Shown: positions 12,201-27,200 of the stretch, one piece after another | How positions within the stretch are numbered: position 1 is the first letter of the stretch | How the letters are laid out: each line of letters opens with the position of its first letter | Assembly (NCBI GenBank): GCA_030264375.1 | Contig: JASCQW010000081.1 | Coordinates: 93,422,445-93,486,444, forward strand | Direction of reading: 5' to 3' | Source of the DNA: Carcharhinus longimanus | Taxonomy: Eukaryota | Length of the DNA stretch: 64,000 nt | Notes under the pieces: model-generated | Told to the model about the DNA's origin: nothing | The model's database searches: none | What the model saw: the letters and a program-made list of their open reading frames with translations, nothing else | Made by a program: the position numbers and the translations under genes

Positions 12201-15200
12201 ACAACATAGGAATACATGAGTTGCATTTAAAATTTGAGAAATTATACCTAAACTGAAATCCCCTGAAACTCGAAATCCTGGACAACTCACGCATCATTCT
12301 GAACTGAATATAGAGCATTTGGAAAATTAACGTTCATTTTTATCGTTGAAACAAATGGTGCAGCTGGCTCAATGTTAGACTTATTCGATATTAAAAAAAA
12401 ACAGCTCCGGTGAGGCTGTACGTTGGAGAAGGTGGAGGATATTAGCCTTAACAGATTCAGGACTGACGTACTTCCTACTCTGAAATTAAAGTATGTAAAA
12501 GACTGGAATCTATGTAACAGGATATAATATCAGAGAGCAATACTAACGTAGACAAAATACTGCGGGTGTTAAAGATCAGTACAGTGTGGAACTGTAAGTA
12601 ACTAGGTGGGGATTGAGTGAAGGTGAAAGTGCTAATATTAACATTAGTGCTCCCAAGCTCATTCTGAATAATAATAAAGCTCCTTGATCAGATTGGTGTA
12701 CCAAAATCGTAGAATCCCTTGCACGAATCCGACATTGTGATGTGAAATAGCACATTATCATTTGAACAGGTGAACTAGAAGTAACATGTCTCTCTAAACA
12801 CGATGCTCGGGAAAGTTTGCAGTGAAAAATACAACTGATTTACCAAGTGATATTGCTTAAGAAGAATATTACAGTGCTGGAGATGAGAATCTCAAGCTAA
12901 GCAAATGAAATATAAAATACGCCTGGAGATAGGGAATAGAAAATAGAGAATCTTCCCGCTTAGAAAGGATAGCAGGACTAGAGGGCACAGCTTCAAGATA
13001 AGGGGGTGGGAGAAGCTTAGATCGGAGTTGAGGAGGAACTTCTTCACTTAAAGGGTGGTGAATCTCTGGTATTCTCTGCCCGTTGAAGTGGTGGAGGGTA
13101 CCTCGATGAATATATTTAGGTCACGCTTAGATAGGTTTCTGATAGAAAGGGAATTAAGGGTTATGTGGAGAAAGCGGGAAAGTGGAACTGATCCACTTCA
13201 GATCAACCATGATCTTATTGAATGGCGGGGCAGGCTCGAAGGGNNNNNNNNNNNNNNNNNNNNNNNNNNNNNNNNNNNNNNNNNNNNNNNNNNNNNNNNN
13301 NNNNNNNNNNNNNNNNNNNNNNNNNNNNNNNNNNNNNNNNNNNATCTTATTGAATGGCGGGGCAGGCTCGAAGGGCTAGATGGCCTACTCCTGCTCCTAT
13401 TTCTTATGTTCTTACGTAAATGTTACCCTGTTTGGTAAAAAGGTAAAATGCATCAAGGAGGAAAGAACAACGGAAAATATAGAAATATGCAATAGCATAT
13501 TCCTTCATAGAAAAGGGGAATACCTGATTTGAAAATGCACTGTGTTCTTCAAAGTGAATTGGCAGTGATGTTCAAAGGTTCGAACAATTTATTTTGAAAT
13601 AGTATCTGGAGTAATGTGAATTGGGCACAACAAGAAGGAAGGCAATTGTATGTCTGTTTGAGAAGAGTGAAGTTTGAAAGATGCTGAGGTGAGCATTATC
13701 TTTTGTTTAGTTTTTTTTTGACTGAAAATGGAAGAAAACAAATTAGTGCACGAACTATTTACCGTAACCAGCCAATTTCCAAGGGAGAAGAGTGGATGTG
13801 GGTCGGATGAATTGGGATTAGACGTTATTAGGGCAAACGTTGATTGGAAAATGGTCTTATTGTCAATGTATATTCGCAAGAAGGGCACGTATTAGGAAAC
13901 CCATCCAGTAGGTGCAGAATGAAAAAAAAAGCAGATGTAAAGATGATGAACTCATGTAAGGTGTGCTTCGTGACCTGTGTTTGTTGTCAAATACAGCTGA
14001 TGGTCTGAGAATGAGAAAAAGCAGGACTGTGAAAAGGCGTTGACTGCTGACGTAAGGCCGAATTGTAAAGTCTTCCGTAACCATAGCCATAATAAACATA
14101 TTGGTTAAATAGCGGGGCTAATGACAGATCAGCATTCGTGCACAGACGAGGCATTAAACGTAAGATGTATGTTATCAGTTGCCGAAAAAAAAACAAATTG
14201 CGGTCCAGTATCTGTCGAGAGAGGAGATAATTCAGAGACATAACGGATGTGAAATTGATTCGAATGATTTGTTAGATAGTAGGTCTACTGTTAACACTGA
14301 TGTGATCTTAGAAGAAATCTGATGAATCACACGAGTCCAATGGAAATAGTAGTGAGGATTGTAGAGTGATTGGCTTTAATGTTCCCATTTTTGTACACTC
14401 AGGCGTTATACCAGAGTACTGTGCCGTTGCTTAGGATACATTCGAGTCATAGAGTATTCGAGGTTCCAGCATGGAAACAGGTCATTGTAAAATAACTAAG
14501 CTCAATACAAAATACCTGTTCCGATAGTAATTGCCGAATAATAAAATAAGATTTATTCATTTCCTGTTCGTGAACGAATATTATTCACCGTTCTTGTTGG
14601 ATGTTTTGGTTTTGGTTGTCTTGAGGCAGCACGGCAGGAAGATTGCGTATTCCCAAATATCGAATCTCAAAACTTGCAGCAATTAAATGTTCATATTTGC
14701 TTTATGATCAATATTGGCATAAACTCGATTGCAAATGTTCAACATCTGTCAACCGCATATCAAACTCCAAAGTCAAGCGTTTTTTTTTCCTGTCGGTAGC
14801 CGCACGCGACTCCTCTCCTTCCCCACTCTTATCCCTCAACGCCCAACGACGAATTTGAAATTGCACAGTCTGTGAGTCATCGCACCCTGCAAGTTTCGGT
14901 GCAGGAATCTTTGATCATTCTGGACGTTCCGCCATGGCTTCGTCTAATCAAATCCTTGAAAATTAGGTATTTAAATCAATCAGCTGCAGCGTATTATTTC
15001 TGCAAGTTTCCCCTCCGCAGCCACGTAAATGCTGCACCCGTTTTCCACACAAACAAGCCCTTCTTGGTCCACCCACCACCCATCAACTTCACTCTCAAAA
15101 TCCATGAGGATTTTACACGGCGTTTGTTTTTTTTCTCTGTCTCGCCTAAACATAAATTATATCAGTAATGCTTCAATATTGAAATGTAATGAATGATATC

Positions 15201-18200
15201 CTAATTTCCTCTGAACATCCTGCTGCAGTATACCCGAAAGATTGCAATGCTAAACATAATTGAAGGGAATGGTTCGCCATATTAAGAACAACACATTCAG
15301 TCATCCTGGTTTTCTGTTGCAAGCTTAAGAGTAAGGATTACTAGTGTAGTGATATAATAAAAAAAAACTATTTCACTTCCATCAGCATTACTCACTTTCG
15401 TTGCAGCGGTTGCCAGCCAATTCTAAAACAGAATTATATTAGTGCTACAAAATGTCTTGCAACATATTGAAAAAGTATGACATGTAGTTTTGGGCGAGTT
15501 AAAAGAACACCGTTGAATAATACATATTATGTAATTAAATAAAATGTAATTTTTTTTTCCATTTTCACCTGCCTCCTTTTCACGTAGTTTATCTTCTGCA
15601 AACATGGGAAAGCGAAAACAGCATCGGTATTCTTGTAAAGCAACCATCATGTTTGGGTTACGCAGCCTCTAACTGGGTGCAAATCAAATCAGTTGCCTTA
15701 TTCCGGGTTATGGCGAAGTGAAGGAAACAAATTGCACCTGATTCTCAGAAGCGAGCAAATTCAGTAAATATATTTCGAATATTCCCTATTATTTTCGTTT
15801 TCCCTCCCCGTTTCTAATCTGCATTGTTTATTGATTCCGTAACTGGCAACCGCTGTATCAACGAACAAAATGCACTGGCCCGTCGTAAACGTTAGGTGCA
15901 TTAGATTAAACTGAGATTCGTAAACTCAAGAATTTTTAAATATCCACCGTCCAACTCCATATTCAATCGAAAGTCTGGAAATATTCGTATTGCCCCGTTT
16001 CACGTTGGAAATACTGTTTTACGATGTGACCGTGTGAGTCAAGTATCAATAAGAAACACACTGTTGAATAGTGCAATTAACATTAAACAGCTAAGCTGAT
16101 AGGTTTTATGCCATCTGTCTTTCTCACCTAAATCTTGGAGAGCCTTTTTCGTTTTCTTCAAATCTGGAATTCACAAGTAAAAGGCATCTGCTGTGGCACA
16201 CTATCGTCGGTCTCATATTTCTAGAGATTTCAGACTATCTTCTGACTGGATATTTTTGGAAACTTTTTGGCATTGCATACTTTATTGGAAAAATTCTGAG
16301 GATCATGAAGTGATGTGGCCTATAGATTTAGAAACTCACAAGTGAGCAGTCAAGCCTCTTTCTTGAGTACCTATTGACACCAGTTGAGCATTTCTAACTG
16401 TCAGCATAATTGCACAGATGAAAAACCTAATCGATCTGCACGTAATAAGGCAGGAGGATGAAAACTAGTTATTATTGTTGTAAATTATAGCGTTGACATT
16501 ATTAAGCGAGAGCCAGATAATGAACTAAAAGAGCATCATTTTGTGGTTTTAACCGTTCAAGAAAGTAGCTCACCACCACTTTCATAATTCACCGACGGTT
16601 GGACAACGCATGCTGGCTCAGTCAGCGAGATGCACGACATTAAGTTTTATTTTGTAAAGCTTGAGGTCCCAAACGTCAACTTCTGGAATCAATAAACAGA
16701 ACTTATAACCCTCATCCCGATAAAATCATATTTGCTTCCTTTCCAGTGAACTTATTCATTGACTTAACGTTAACTGCACCTAACTGCAAATTTACTATAG
16801 CACCTTCCCCCAAGATTGATATACAGGCTGGACATAATGGCACGTTTTACTTCTAATTTTATTCTTCCGAATAAGAATGTTTTTGGCAAGAGAAGGAAAT
16901 CCGGCGGGCAACCATTGGCTCCTTTCTTGGTTATGCACTGTTTAATTTAGGCGAAGAATATGGGCGATTAACGTGCATCAGGGCTAAAGAGGAAAAGGCG
17001 CCCTTTTCTCCATCTGAATTTAAAGGACACATAAAAAAAAAACATGGAACAGGAGTAGGTCACATTGCCCTTCGAAGCTGCTCCAAAATTATTATGAACA
17101 CTGCTGATTATTCCATTTTTAGTCAGCTTCTCCCTTCCCTCACTTATCATTTCATCCCCTTTGCTCCAAACAAAATCACATCTAACTTCTGCCGCAATGC
17201 ATACAACTATTTTCTCCTCCACTGCTTTCTGTTGTAACGAATTCCATAGAATAACACTGGCTGGGTGAATAAGTCTCTTCCCATCTCTGTCGTATATGAT
17301 TACTTGTATCCTTAGTCAATGAGCACATTTCAGGTTTCAGATACCTTCGGAAACATTATTCCCGTATGTGGCTTGAATTGTTTATGAGATGCTCTCTCAT
17401 TCATCAGAATTCAAGTAAATATAATCCTAACCGAATTCATCTCTGCCAGGAATTAGCCTGGTAAACATTTGATGCACTCTTTCAATTGTAAGAACATCGT
17501 TTTCTGTTAATAAGACCAAAACTGCGCAACATATTCCAAATGTAGCCTCACCAAGATCTGTATAATTGCAACAAGACATCCCGAGCCTGCATTCGAAACC
17601 TCCTGCTATGAAATCCAAAACACCACATGCCTTCTTGACCTGCTGCTGCACCTGAATGCTTACCTTCATTAACTGGTGTCTAGTGACACCCAGAATTCGT
17701 TGCATGTCCCTCTCTCTCAAATTGTAGTCTCAGGTAAAAATCAGACTCTTGTTGTTTTGCCACCAAACTTTACATTTATCCACATTGTACTGCACCTGCC
17801 ATGCACTTGCCCACTCATTCTGCTTGTGTAAACTTGAAGATACCACACATAATTCAGTCATTTCAATCAACAATATGAATTATAAATAGTTGTAGCCCAA
17901 GCACCGATACTTATAGTAATCCAGTTGTTACTGCCTGCCATTTTAAAAGAAAAGTTTTATTCATACTCGTTCCTCCCTTTCTGCCATCCAGTCTCTATTC
18001 ATCTCAATGCAAAACACTCACCCTCATGGGCTTTAATTATCTTGCTAACTTCTTATGCCAGATAATGCTGACAGCCTTCCAAGAGACCAAATGAACTGCA
18101 TTTTCTGGCTCCCCGCCGTTACAACTATCAGGTAAATCGGAGTTTTCCAATAGATTTTTGAATCATTATTTACCTTTAACAAATGCAAATCTCATACTCT

Positions 18201-21200
18201 CGCATGTTTATTGGAAAACATAGTTCTGCGATTTTTCCAGGCTTAAAGATGCAACAAATAGGAATGATCATTTAATGCAGCTTTTCCTTGGTCTCTTTGA
18301 ATGATTGCCATCTCCTATCAAGCGGCATCAAATTAAGTACTGTATCTCAATGTGTTATAACCAACTTCCACCTTATATTATGTCTTTTAATACAGGAACT
18401 TAGGAACAGAATGAAACTCATCACCCAGCAAAATTATATTGTAATACGTTTGCTAATGCCCAAGGGTCTCACACAACGAAATTGCAAATTAACTCCTTTT
18501 ATCATTGCACATTATCCAGTCTAGGATGGCCTACCCGCTAATTGTTTTTTTTTTCAGTGTATTGGCTCAGAAAGTATCCCATTTTCACTACAGAAGTTCT
18601 TCCTCTTATGGTTTGTAACGAATTTCATTTTACCAAGTTGTATGCAGATTAAGGTCAGCTATGATTGCAGATTTCCCTTCATTGTAACTATATCTATATT
18701 GCCACTTCACGCCATTACCAACATCAGCATTGCAGTATGGATGTCTGTATACAACTATCAAAAGCGTACTTTAACCGTCGGAGTTTCTCACTATTACCAG
18801 TGCAATTCATCATCGTCGGAGCTATTTCTTCACTGTCGCATTAATTTCCACTTTAACAAGCAATGCAACACCTCTACCGTTTCATTCCACCTGTGCTGCC
18901 TAATTTATGAATATTGTCGATGATCGGTTCCCACCCCTCTTCAACTGCAGACATTTCCCTTAAATCCAAAGTTATCATACCGTTTACAGTTTTTGGGAGA
19001 TCAACCCATCCATTTTCTTACAAATGTTTTGCGTGCCGAGGCACACAATTCGTAAGGCTTGTCTTTGTTTTTAACATGACCTGTCATATTCCCATATTAT
19101 ACAGTTTGATTCTGTCAACCGATTCAGCTGCCAACCAATTATCTTATTCAACTTTTGTCCTTTGTTCTTATCCTTGATTGATTCTCCCCGACTCCTGACA
19201 AATTCGTATCCCCCGCCACAATATTGTAAATCATCCTTGAACATTCTAGAAATGACTTTTCTAAAGACATAATTCCCAGTCTTGCGCATGTGTAATTCGC
19301 CCAGATTGCAATGGCGCCATCTCCACCAGAATGTATCTCAATGTCTCAGAAAAGTGCATCACAACATATCTCGAGCCATGTATTCATTTGATATACCCAA
19401 TGATTTCCAAAAGGACGTTCACGTCACACTGGCAGTAGTCCTGAGATCACGACCATTGGGGTCCTTGTTTCCCAACTTCCAATATTCTACCATTGCGATC
19501 GGACGCATCCTTCTGCTTTCACCTATGCTATTTGTACCAATGTGCACCACGACCACTGGCAGTTCAACGTCTCCATTCAGAACGTCCTATAACCCTCCGA
19601 GAAATCATCGACCCTAGCATGTGGGAGGCAACATACCATTCTGGAGTTTTGTTTCTGGTCAGAGAAAAGCATCTATGAACCACTTGCAATTTAAACGCAA
19701 TAGTGATTGATTGTCATGCTTGTTTTTTATTCCTCGTGTGCAATAGTGCGAATGTGAGGAATGTGGCTGTTGTTGCTTTCTCCAGCACAATTACCCGTAA
19801 CGTCATCAAAAGCAACACGTCCCTTTGACAAGGGAATTACACACTGGGAGGCTTTAGTTACATTATCTCCCCACAGTCCAAGTGTCTCCTCGAACACTGT
19901 TCTGAACTCCATTAGTTAAGCAGAATACTCAATATTTCCCCAGAATTACACTCAGATTCAAACGAGTGAAATCCATATGCATGATTTGAAGATCATCTAG
20001 ATCAGAATCAGGAATCCCCATTCCCTCTGAACCAGAAAATTATGTAGTCTCAGGCAATTTCAACAACATATTGATTTCCCGTTTTTTTTCTGGCCAATTT
20101 GGACATCTCCACATCACAACTTTGACACATCAGCAGTTCGGCCTCATTGCTATTCTCGAGCCCATTGTTCTGTCCACTCACGTAACCCATTTATTTAGCC
20201 ATTCACAATCATTCATTCCTGTTTCGAAATTAATCTCTTAGCCACCTTTGCAAAACTGAAAATGTTAGCTCCCAAAACTAGCCACCTCTTATCAAAGAGG
20301 GTGACGTTGAATATTTCTGAAGCAGAAAACGGATTGCTGTTGGGAAACTAACCTTCGATGTAAAACATATTGCCAGGATGGAATACCTGGATGATGNNNN
20401 NNNNNNNNNNNNNNNNNNNNNNNCGCGTGGTAGTCTCGGACATCTTCAAAATCACTTTGCAAAAACTTGAGTCCTTATCTTCTTTAAGAAGACAACCATC
20501 ACCCAAGCACCAAAGAAAGGCCAAGCAGCGCACCATAATTTCTATCATTCCGCGGTCTCAAATCCATCATTATGAAGTTCTCGAAAGAACTAGTCATGGC
20601 ACGGATCAATTCCAGCCTCCAGACTGCTTGGATACAGCACAGTTTGCCTCTGCTGCAACCGGTTCACATCAGATGTCATCTCCATGGCCGAGCCCCCAAC
20701 CCTGTTATCTAGTGTCCAGTTAACAAAGGCACCACTGTCAGACACTATTTATTTGCCAGAGCCCAGCGTTCAAAACCACTATTTCTCCGAAACCTCTCTC
20801 TAAACTCCATATCCTGTGCCTCGGCTCTCCCACCGTGACTGGATTCTGACCTTCTTAATCCACAAACCACAATCTGTATCGATAGGCAGCAAACCTTCTT
20901 CGTGATAATCCTCAACGCAACGTCGCACAAGGCTGTGTTCTCAGCCCCCTACTATACTCCTTATACGCACATGACTGTGTGGCCAAATTTCTCACCAACG
21001 CGATTTACAAGTTTGCTCACGATATCACCGTGGTGGGTCGGATCTCAACAATAACGAGACACAGTACAGAAATGAGATGGAGAATCTAGTGAACAGGTGT
21101 CGCGAAAATAATATCTCTCTCAATGTCAACAAAACAAAGAGATTCACATTGACTTGGGGAAGCGTCGAGGATAATATGGTCCCTCTGCACAACAACTGGG

Positions 21201-24200
21201 ATGAAGTCGAGAACTTCAGGATTTTAGCTATCCAGGTCACCAACAACCTGTCTCGCACCGNNNNNNNNNNNNNNNNNNNNNNNNNNNNNNNNNNNNNNNN
21301 NNNNNNNNNNNNNNNNNNNNNNNNNNNNNNNNNNNNNNNNNNNNNNNNNNNNNNNNNNNNCCCCCCCCCCCCCGCCCCGCGCCACATCCCGCCATGCCGA
21401 CGTTACAATGAAGAACGCTTCTAATTTCTCAGGAGACGAGAAATTTGGTATCTCCGCTATGACTCTCACCAACATTTACAGATGCAGCAGAGAAACCATT
21501 CCTTATTGTTGTATCGCAGTTTGGTACAGCTCCTGTCCTGCCCAAGACCTCAATAAAATACAGAAGGTCGCGCATGCCCATCATGCAAACCAACCTCTCT
21601 TCCATTGGCTGTGTCTACACTTCCATATTGCTCGGCAAAGCTGCCAGCATATTTAAGGACCCCGCACACCTCAGGCATTCTCTCTTCCACCTTCTTCCAT
21701 CGGGAAATAATACAAAACACTAAGGTCACGTGCCAACGAATTCGGAACATTCCCTTTGCTGTTGCCATCGGACCTACTTCGTACTCGCTTGATTTTTCCC
21801 GTACACGCCAGCTATCACTGTAACACTTGATTTTGCACTCTGTCATTTTCTCCGCTATGAGCGGTATGATTTGCCTGTTTTGCACACAAGGAACAATACT
21901 TTTCACTGTATGCTAGTACATGTTACAATAATAAATCAAATCAAATTGTTAGCGCGAGTGGGCCAAACGACCACGACGGACTCAGGGTGTAGTTCAATAA
22001 CGGCACAGCTTCATTTTCTTTTACGTCGACGGAGGTGCAGTCAGGACATACAGTCGGACTGTCCCGAAGGCGCTCTAAAGGTCCACCGCAACGGGCTATA
22101 GTTATACCTGAACTTCGGTGTAGTTTGCGATTCAAATGCTAATACTTTATTTACAGCATTCGACTGTAGCCATCCTGTCTCGCTGTTTTCGACTGTTAGG
22201 ACGATTGTTTTAAGTGTGTGTTCATCGTTTTTGTCTGATTGGTTATCAATGGCCTAGAATCTCTAGGGTTTGAACAATGGGTTTGTGATTGATCTCAAAG
22301 ATTTTGAGGGGCCAGGGACGGTTCCTTAGCTATGCTAATTTTTAGGTTGTTTGACTGGTTTAGAAGTGCTGATTTGGTGCTGATTTGGTGGGGTGGATGT
22401 GTGTTTTTTTTAAATTTAGTTCCTGTAGGTGCCATCCTGTCCTACATCCCTTGTGTTTTAGCCCTCATGTGCATTCCAAAAGCATGCTTTTGCCTGCTAA
22501 TCTGTGTTTCCATCTTTGTGATTTTTAGTGCAGAGGCTCTGAGTGAAATTTTAGCCTGCTTCCATATTGTGCGCCCAATTTCATAAAATTTTTTGTCCGA
22601 TAACAAAATGAACGTTGAGTCTGCAGGAAGAACTCAGGAGTAGACAAACAGCCGAAATATACACATAAAATTTATTGTATTCTACTTGGTATAATCGCGA
22701 AATACGTGCTGCTATGCAACATTTTTCACTTAATATATGGTCTAGTAAAGCAATGTGTCTGAACTTTGGATGCTGAGAGATAGATATTTGATGTCACGCA
22801 AAGGCACTGCTCAGGGCATCGTGTCTGTACCACAAGGAACAACACGCAATCATATTTCCCATCGGACGGTCTATCCAGCTGCTCAGCAGAGGGTTTAGTG
22901 CGTTTACTCAGTCTTTTTTTTAATACATTTAAGTTGACAGTTTCTGCCTTTATCACCTTCACTGGCAGTTTGATTTGTACCACCCGTAATTTTCATAAAT
23001 TAAGTTGTATTCGTTTACTGACTTGTTCTTCTGCGCCAGCTTTACATCTATGTCTCTTGGTAATAAACCGACCACTGAGGCGACATATTGTTCCCTTGAG
23101 GTCTGTTTAGCTCTGCATAGCTATTTTGGCAACTTGTTGAATGATCTTCCTCAGCATTTCCAAACTTCTCTTACCATAAGACCATCAGATATAGTAACAG
23201 TATTAAACCACTTTGTCCGCCGAATGTGCTGTGCCATTCAATCATAACTCCCATTCCATTGCCTTCTCCCTGGAACACTTGATCATTTAATTGACCAAGA
23301 ATCTATTTATCTGTGTCTTAACTACAATCGCAATTTCAATGTTGAATTATTGTCATTTTTTTTCAGTATATCAGCCGTGTCCTCACGTGTGCAATCAAAT
23401 CGCCCTTGTAATTTAATTTCCATGACCTCAGGCATTACACTCACTCTGTTTTACATGCTGATAACCCACGTCTAGCATATCGTGGTTTCTCTTACATCCT
23501 AATACTCGGTAGAAAGCGCCGGATTTATTGCAACTTATGATCCATTGTGTTATCAATATGAGGACGTTCATTTTTGCGTGGTTATGTATCACAAGGTGCA
23601 TTTGCTCCATTACATTTCATACGGACAAACATTTTAGAATCTACTGTTGGCACGCCCTAATTGCATTGACATATAATCGTCCGAGTTTATCACACTTGAT
23701 ACCTTCACTCCCCAGTGGCAAATAAATTGACATGTTTTTTTTCTTCACATGCACACTAATCAATACACATTGCTTTCGAATGTTGTCATCATTTCCATTG
23801 GATTATTTTTGTGGCATTATGAATACTTCGGCATTATGATCTTTGATTTAAATATAAAAAAAAACATGAAAAACACGGGCTTATCACTGAAGATAGTGGA
23901 ATCCCACTGCAGGCTGGTATTTGATGACGAGAGAAAGAACATTTGTCTCTTGTTTCGTGTTTCATGCAACAGGTTCAGCCACTTCCAAATTTCATGATGT
24001 TTGTTTTATTTTGATTTCTGTTAATCTCAGTCTTACATCCTGGTAGACGAACAAAACGATACGGCCCTGATTTAGCCTCCTCACCAACCACTCAACTGAT
24101 TCAATACATATATTTTCAATTGCCTGAAATATAGCATATGCAAAGAAACCATCAAATTCTTCATCGTATTTATTGTTCCTTCTTTTTTCTAAAAAAAATG

Positions 24201-27200
24201 CAATCACTTAGAAGGTAGTTGTCATATGTTTTCATCGAATTTGTTAAACCGGTTCGCATGATATCCCTCTCAAGAATCCATTGTTCCATCCTTATGGCAT
24301 AGTAGAAGTGGAAAGATAAATCTCAGTACAGCTACACCACAGGCAGTGCTAGCAGGAAGGAGAAGAATTGTTTTCAAGAACCTTCACTGTCCTGACCTTA
24401 AATATGATAGCAAAGTATGCTCTCGTTCCACCTGGTTTGTATATTTTGGAAGTTCGATGACTTGTCCGGAATGTTATCTTATTTTGCTTAGAACATTCAA
24501 CTTTTTGCTATACCCCTCATTTACCACTTGTATGCGTCTACTATTAAATTATCGGCTTATGACATAAACCTTCCGCAAATAACTTATTGATCTGTGTCAT
24601 TAGTACCCATTTCTTGGTTCAACTTAATATCCTAGACTATTCTGTTATGGGATTGTTTATGCTTTTTTTTTCTGTGGAGAAAATGATAATTCCAAAGAAA
24701 ACATTTTGAAAGCCCGCTAACAGTTTTGGCACGATCATATCTCGAGTGCCAATGAAGTTGAAGGGTATGTTTCTGAAACTGCACGTGGAATTACTTGATT
24801 GGCGTATTGACCTTCAGTTGCCGACAGACTTTTTATACTGATAAGAGTTGGTTGCCGATCTGGAGAAGGACGTAGCTTAAGAAAGTTGATATTTTTAGTT
24901 GATCTGTAACAGGCACTGTGAGTCCCTCTCAACAACGTGTTATTTTTTTCTTCCCATTTCATTGTCTGTTATCTGTTCTTTCCCCATATATTTTCGGTTG
25001 TCACATACCGTGCTATAAACGTCATTTCTGCATGCTGATAATAAGATGTTCTCATGATTTCAAAGCTCTCAAAACCGAATTTCACCCCAATTATGTTGAT
25101 GAAAATGCATGAGGTGCAGGTAATCATCTTGCAGGTAAAACGTCCGCCTTAAAAAATGCCGCACGCGTTCTTTCTCCGCCACTCCCCCTTTCCGTAGGAG
25201 AAGACATTGCAGTCAAATTAAAGTGAACTTACAAACGTCCATGTGTGAGGTAAGAAGGGAAACGCAGTTTTCTTGACAATTTATCGCATTTCATTGGTCG
25301 CATGCTTTCTGATTTAAGAAATTAAGCTACCAGAAATATTATTTATTGAAGACTAAAACTAAATAATAGGAATTTGGATGAAATCAATTAATTTTCGAAA
25401 TAGTTCTTTTGTTCCATTGTTTCAGTGTTCAACTGAATAATTAACTTCCCTGTCGATACGGAACTTACAGCCCTCATCTTTCACAGATTGTTCTTTTTTT
25501 TTCGCCCCATACTGCACCTTCTTACTTCAGATGAACAACCAAAGAGAACATCCAGTGCTATTCCTTTCAGCTGATTTAGTTAATAGTAAAAGGTAATGGT
25601 ACAATTGAACAGTAAAGTTACAATAGTTATTGCTTAGGATTGTTTTGAATTGTGTTTAATAAACTGGGAAAAGTTTTTCGCTGACACCGAGATGGCATAG
25701 GGCAGCAGATAGGAACGGTAAAGTTATGAATGATTGCATAACATGCTTAAAATAAGTTCTAAAATGGTAAATAATTTGAGCACATTATAACAATTTTAAT
25801 CAAACAATGGGTATGGGGAATACAAATCACCTTTATTGTCTGAAATTGAATCGTTACTGAGCATGAAAAGTAATTGAAACACAAATGAAAGACAGTTATC
25901 ATGGAAATATACGATTTATCAGAACGAATGATAGGAAACATCCTTGCAGGAATCGTAAATTCTCTCCAGTATAACATAAATAATAATAATGTGAACAAGA
26001 GGGATATAATTACAGGAAATAATAAGAAAAAACCAAGAAGACCAAGAACAAGAACAAGTTCAGAACTGTGATAAACTATGATTATTTATNNNNNNNNNNN
26101 NNNNNNNNNNNNNNNNNNNNNNNNNNNNNNNNNNNNNNNNNNNNNNNNNNNNNNNNNNNNNNNNNNNNNNNNNNNNNNNNNNNNNNNNNATTTATTTTCT
26201 CATGTTTTACCTGTCTCGTTGTCGCGTATTTGCTGATCTGTATTATCAGTGCAACGTCAGTGTCCACATTGTTTCATCATTCAATACAACAGACCCACTG
26301 CCCAGTATGAAATAATAAAGGCGTATTTACTATCAAATGAACTTGTAAATCGAATTAATTGTGTAAAAGAAAATCGAACGGAAAGTCAAAAAAGATGCAA
26401 GAGCAGGACAATTGTGACATCGATTCATATCGACAAATAGTCACCCAAGGAACATCTTCTTCATTGCTTTCTTCATAATTCTTTGACGGGGCTGTTTGGC
26501 ATCTTCCCTGACTTCTTGGCGTTTGTCCGCTCCCCCAGACATCTGCTGCCCTGACAACATTTCTAACAGCATATCTGTTTTCGGAATAATTTGTCAGATA
26601 TATCAAGAACATGTCCTGTCCAACAACGCATATCTTGGATGGTTAGTGTTCGCAATGTCGGACTGCGGGCACGGGGGAGAACACTGCTGCCGAACGTCAA
26701 TGCCAATCAGCTACATCAAAATAGGAATACACAATATTTTAATCCTGGGTCATCAAGAATAACATTTGTCAAAAAATAGGGTGTCTGCATATTAGAATAA
26801 GAAAAATCAAAGTATTCCTACTTAAAACCTTTGAATTATGTTATCGCTGAAATGCATAAAAAAGGTGGTGTATTTGACTCACTTTTTCGATCCAGCTCTC
26901 GTTTCAATTCTTCAGCATCTGTAGCCGAAATCGGAAGGATTTAGTCTGTTGCATGCCATCCTATTTTTTTCTGTTCCCAGAAGGTAAACGTAACGTTTAT
27001 TAGCGTGTCCTTGACATCCCACTTGACTGCAAGCTGAATAACGGCTACATTTCGTTTTGATTCTGAGTGTTTCACTACGATCATCAGGTGCCGCATTTCA
27101 ATGTGATCAAGAAATGATAATGAAGGTATAATAGTACAACATGCGTGTTGAGCAGACATGAATGTGTATTTTTCCCGAAATTAAGAAATGAGGCTACCAG

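Noticed and set aside
13213-13374. Identical ~31-bp sequence on both sides of an N gap
   Set aside because: Scaffolding overlap artefact within a CR1 tail.
24086-24124. 39-nt AG...GT segment on the minus strand
   Set aside because: Stop codon in phase 1.
25759-26066. Hydrophobic minus-strand frame (SELVLVLGLLGFFLLFPVIISLLFTLLLFMLYW) resembling a TM exon
   Set aside because: T-rich low-complexity DNA next to a gap. It would enter in phase 2, incompatible with the phase-1 array, and coiled-coil exons continue upstream.
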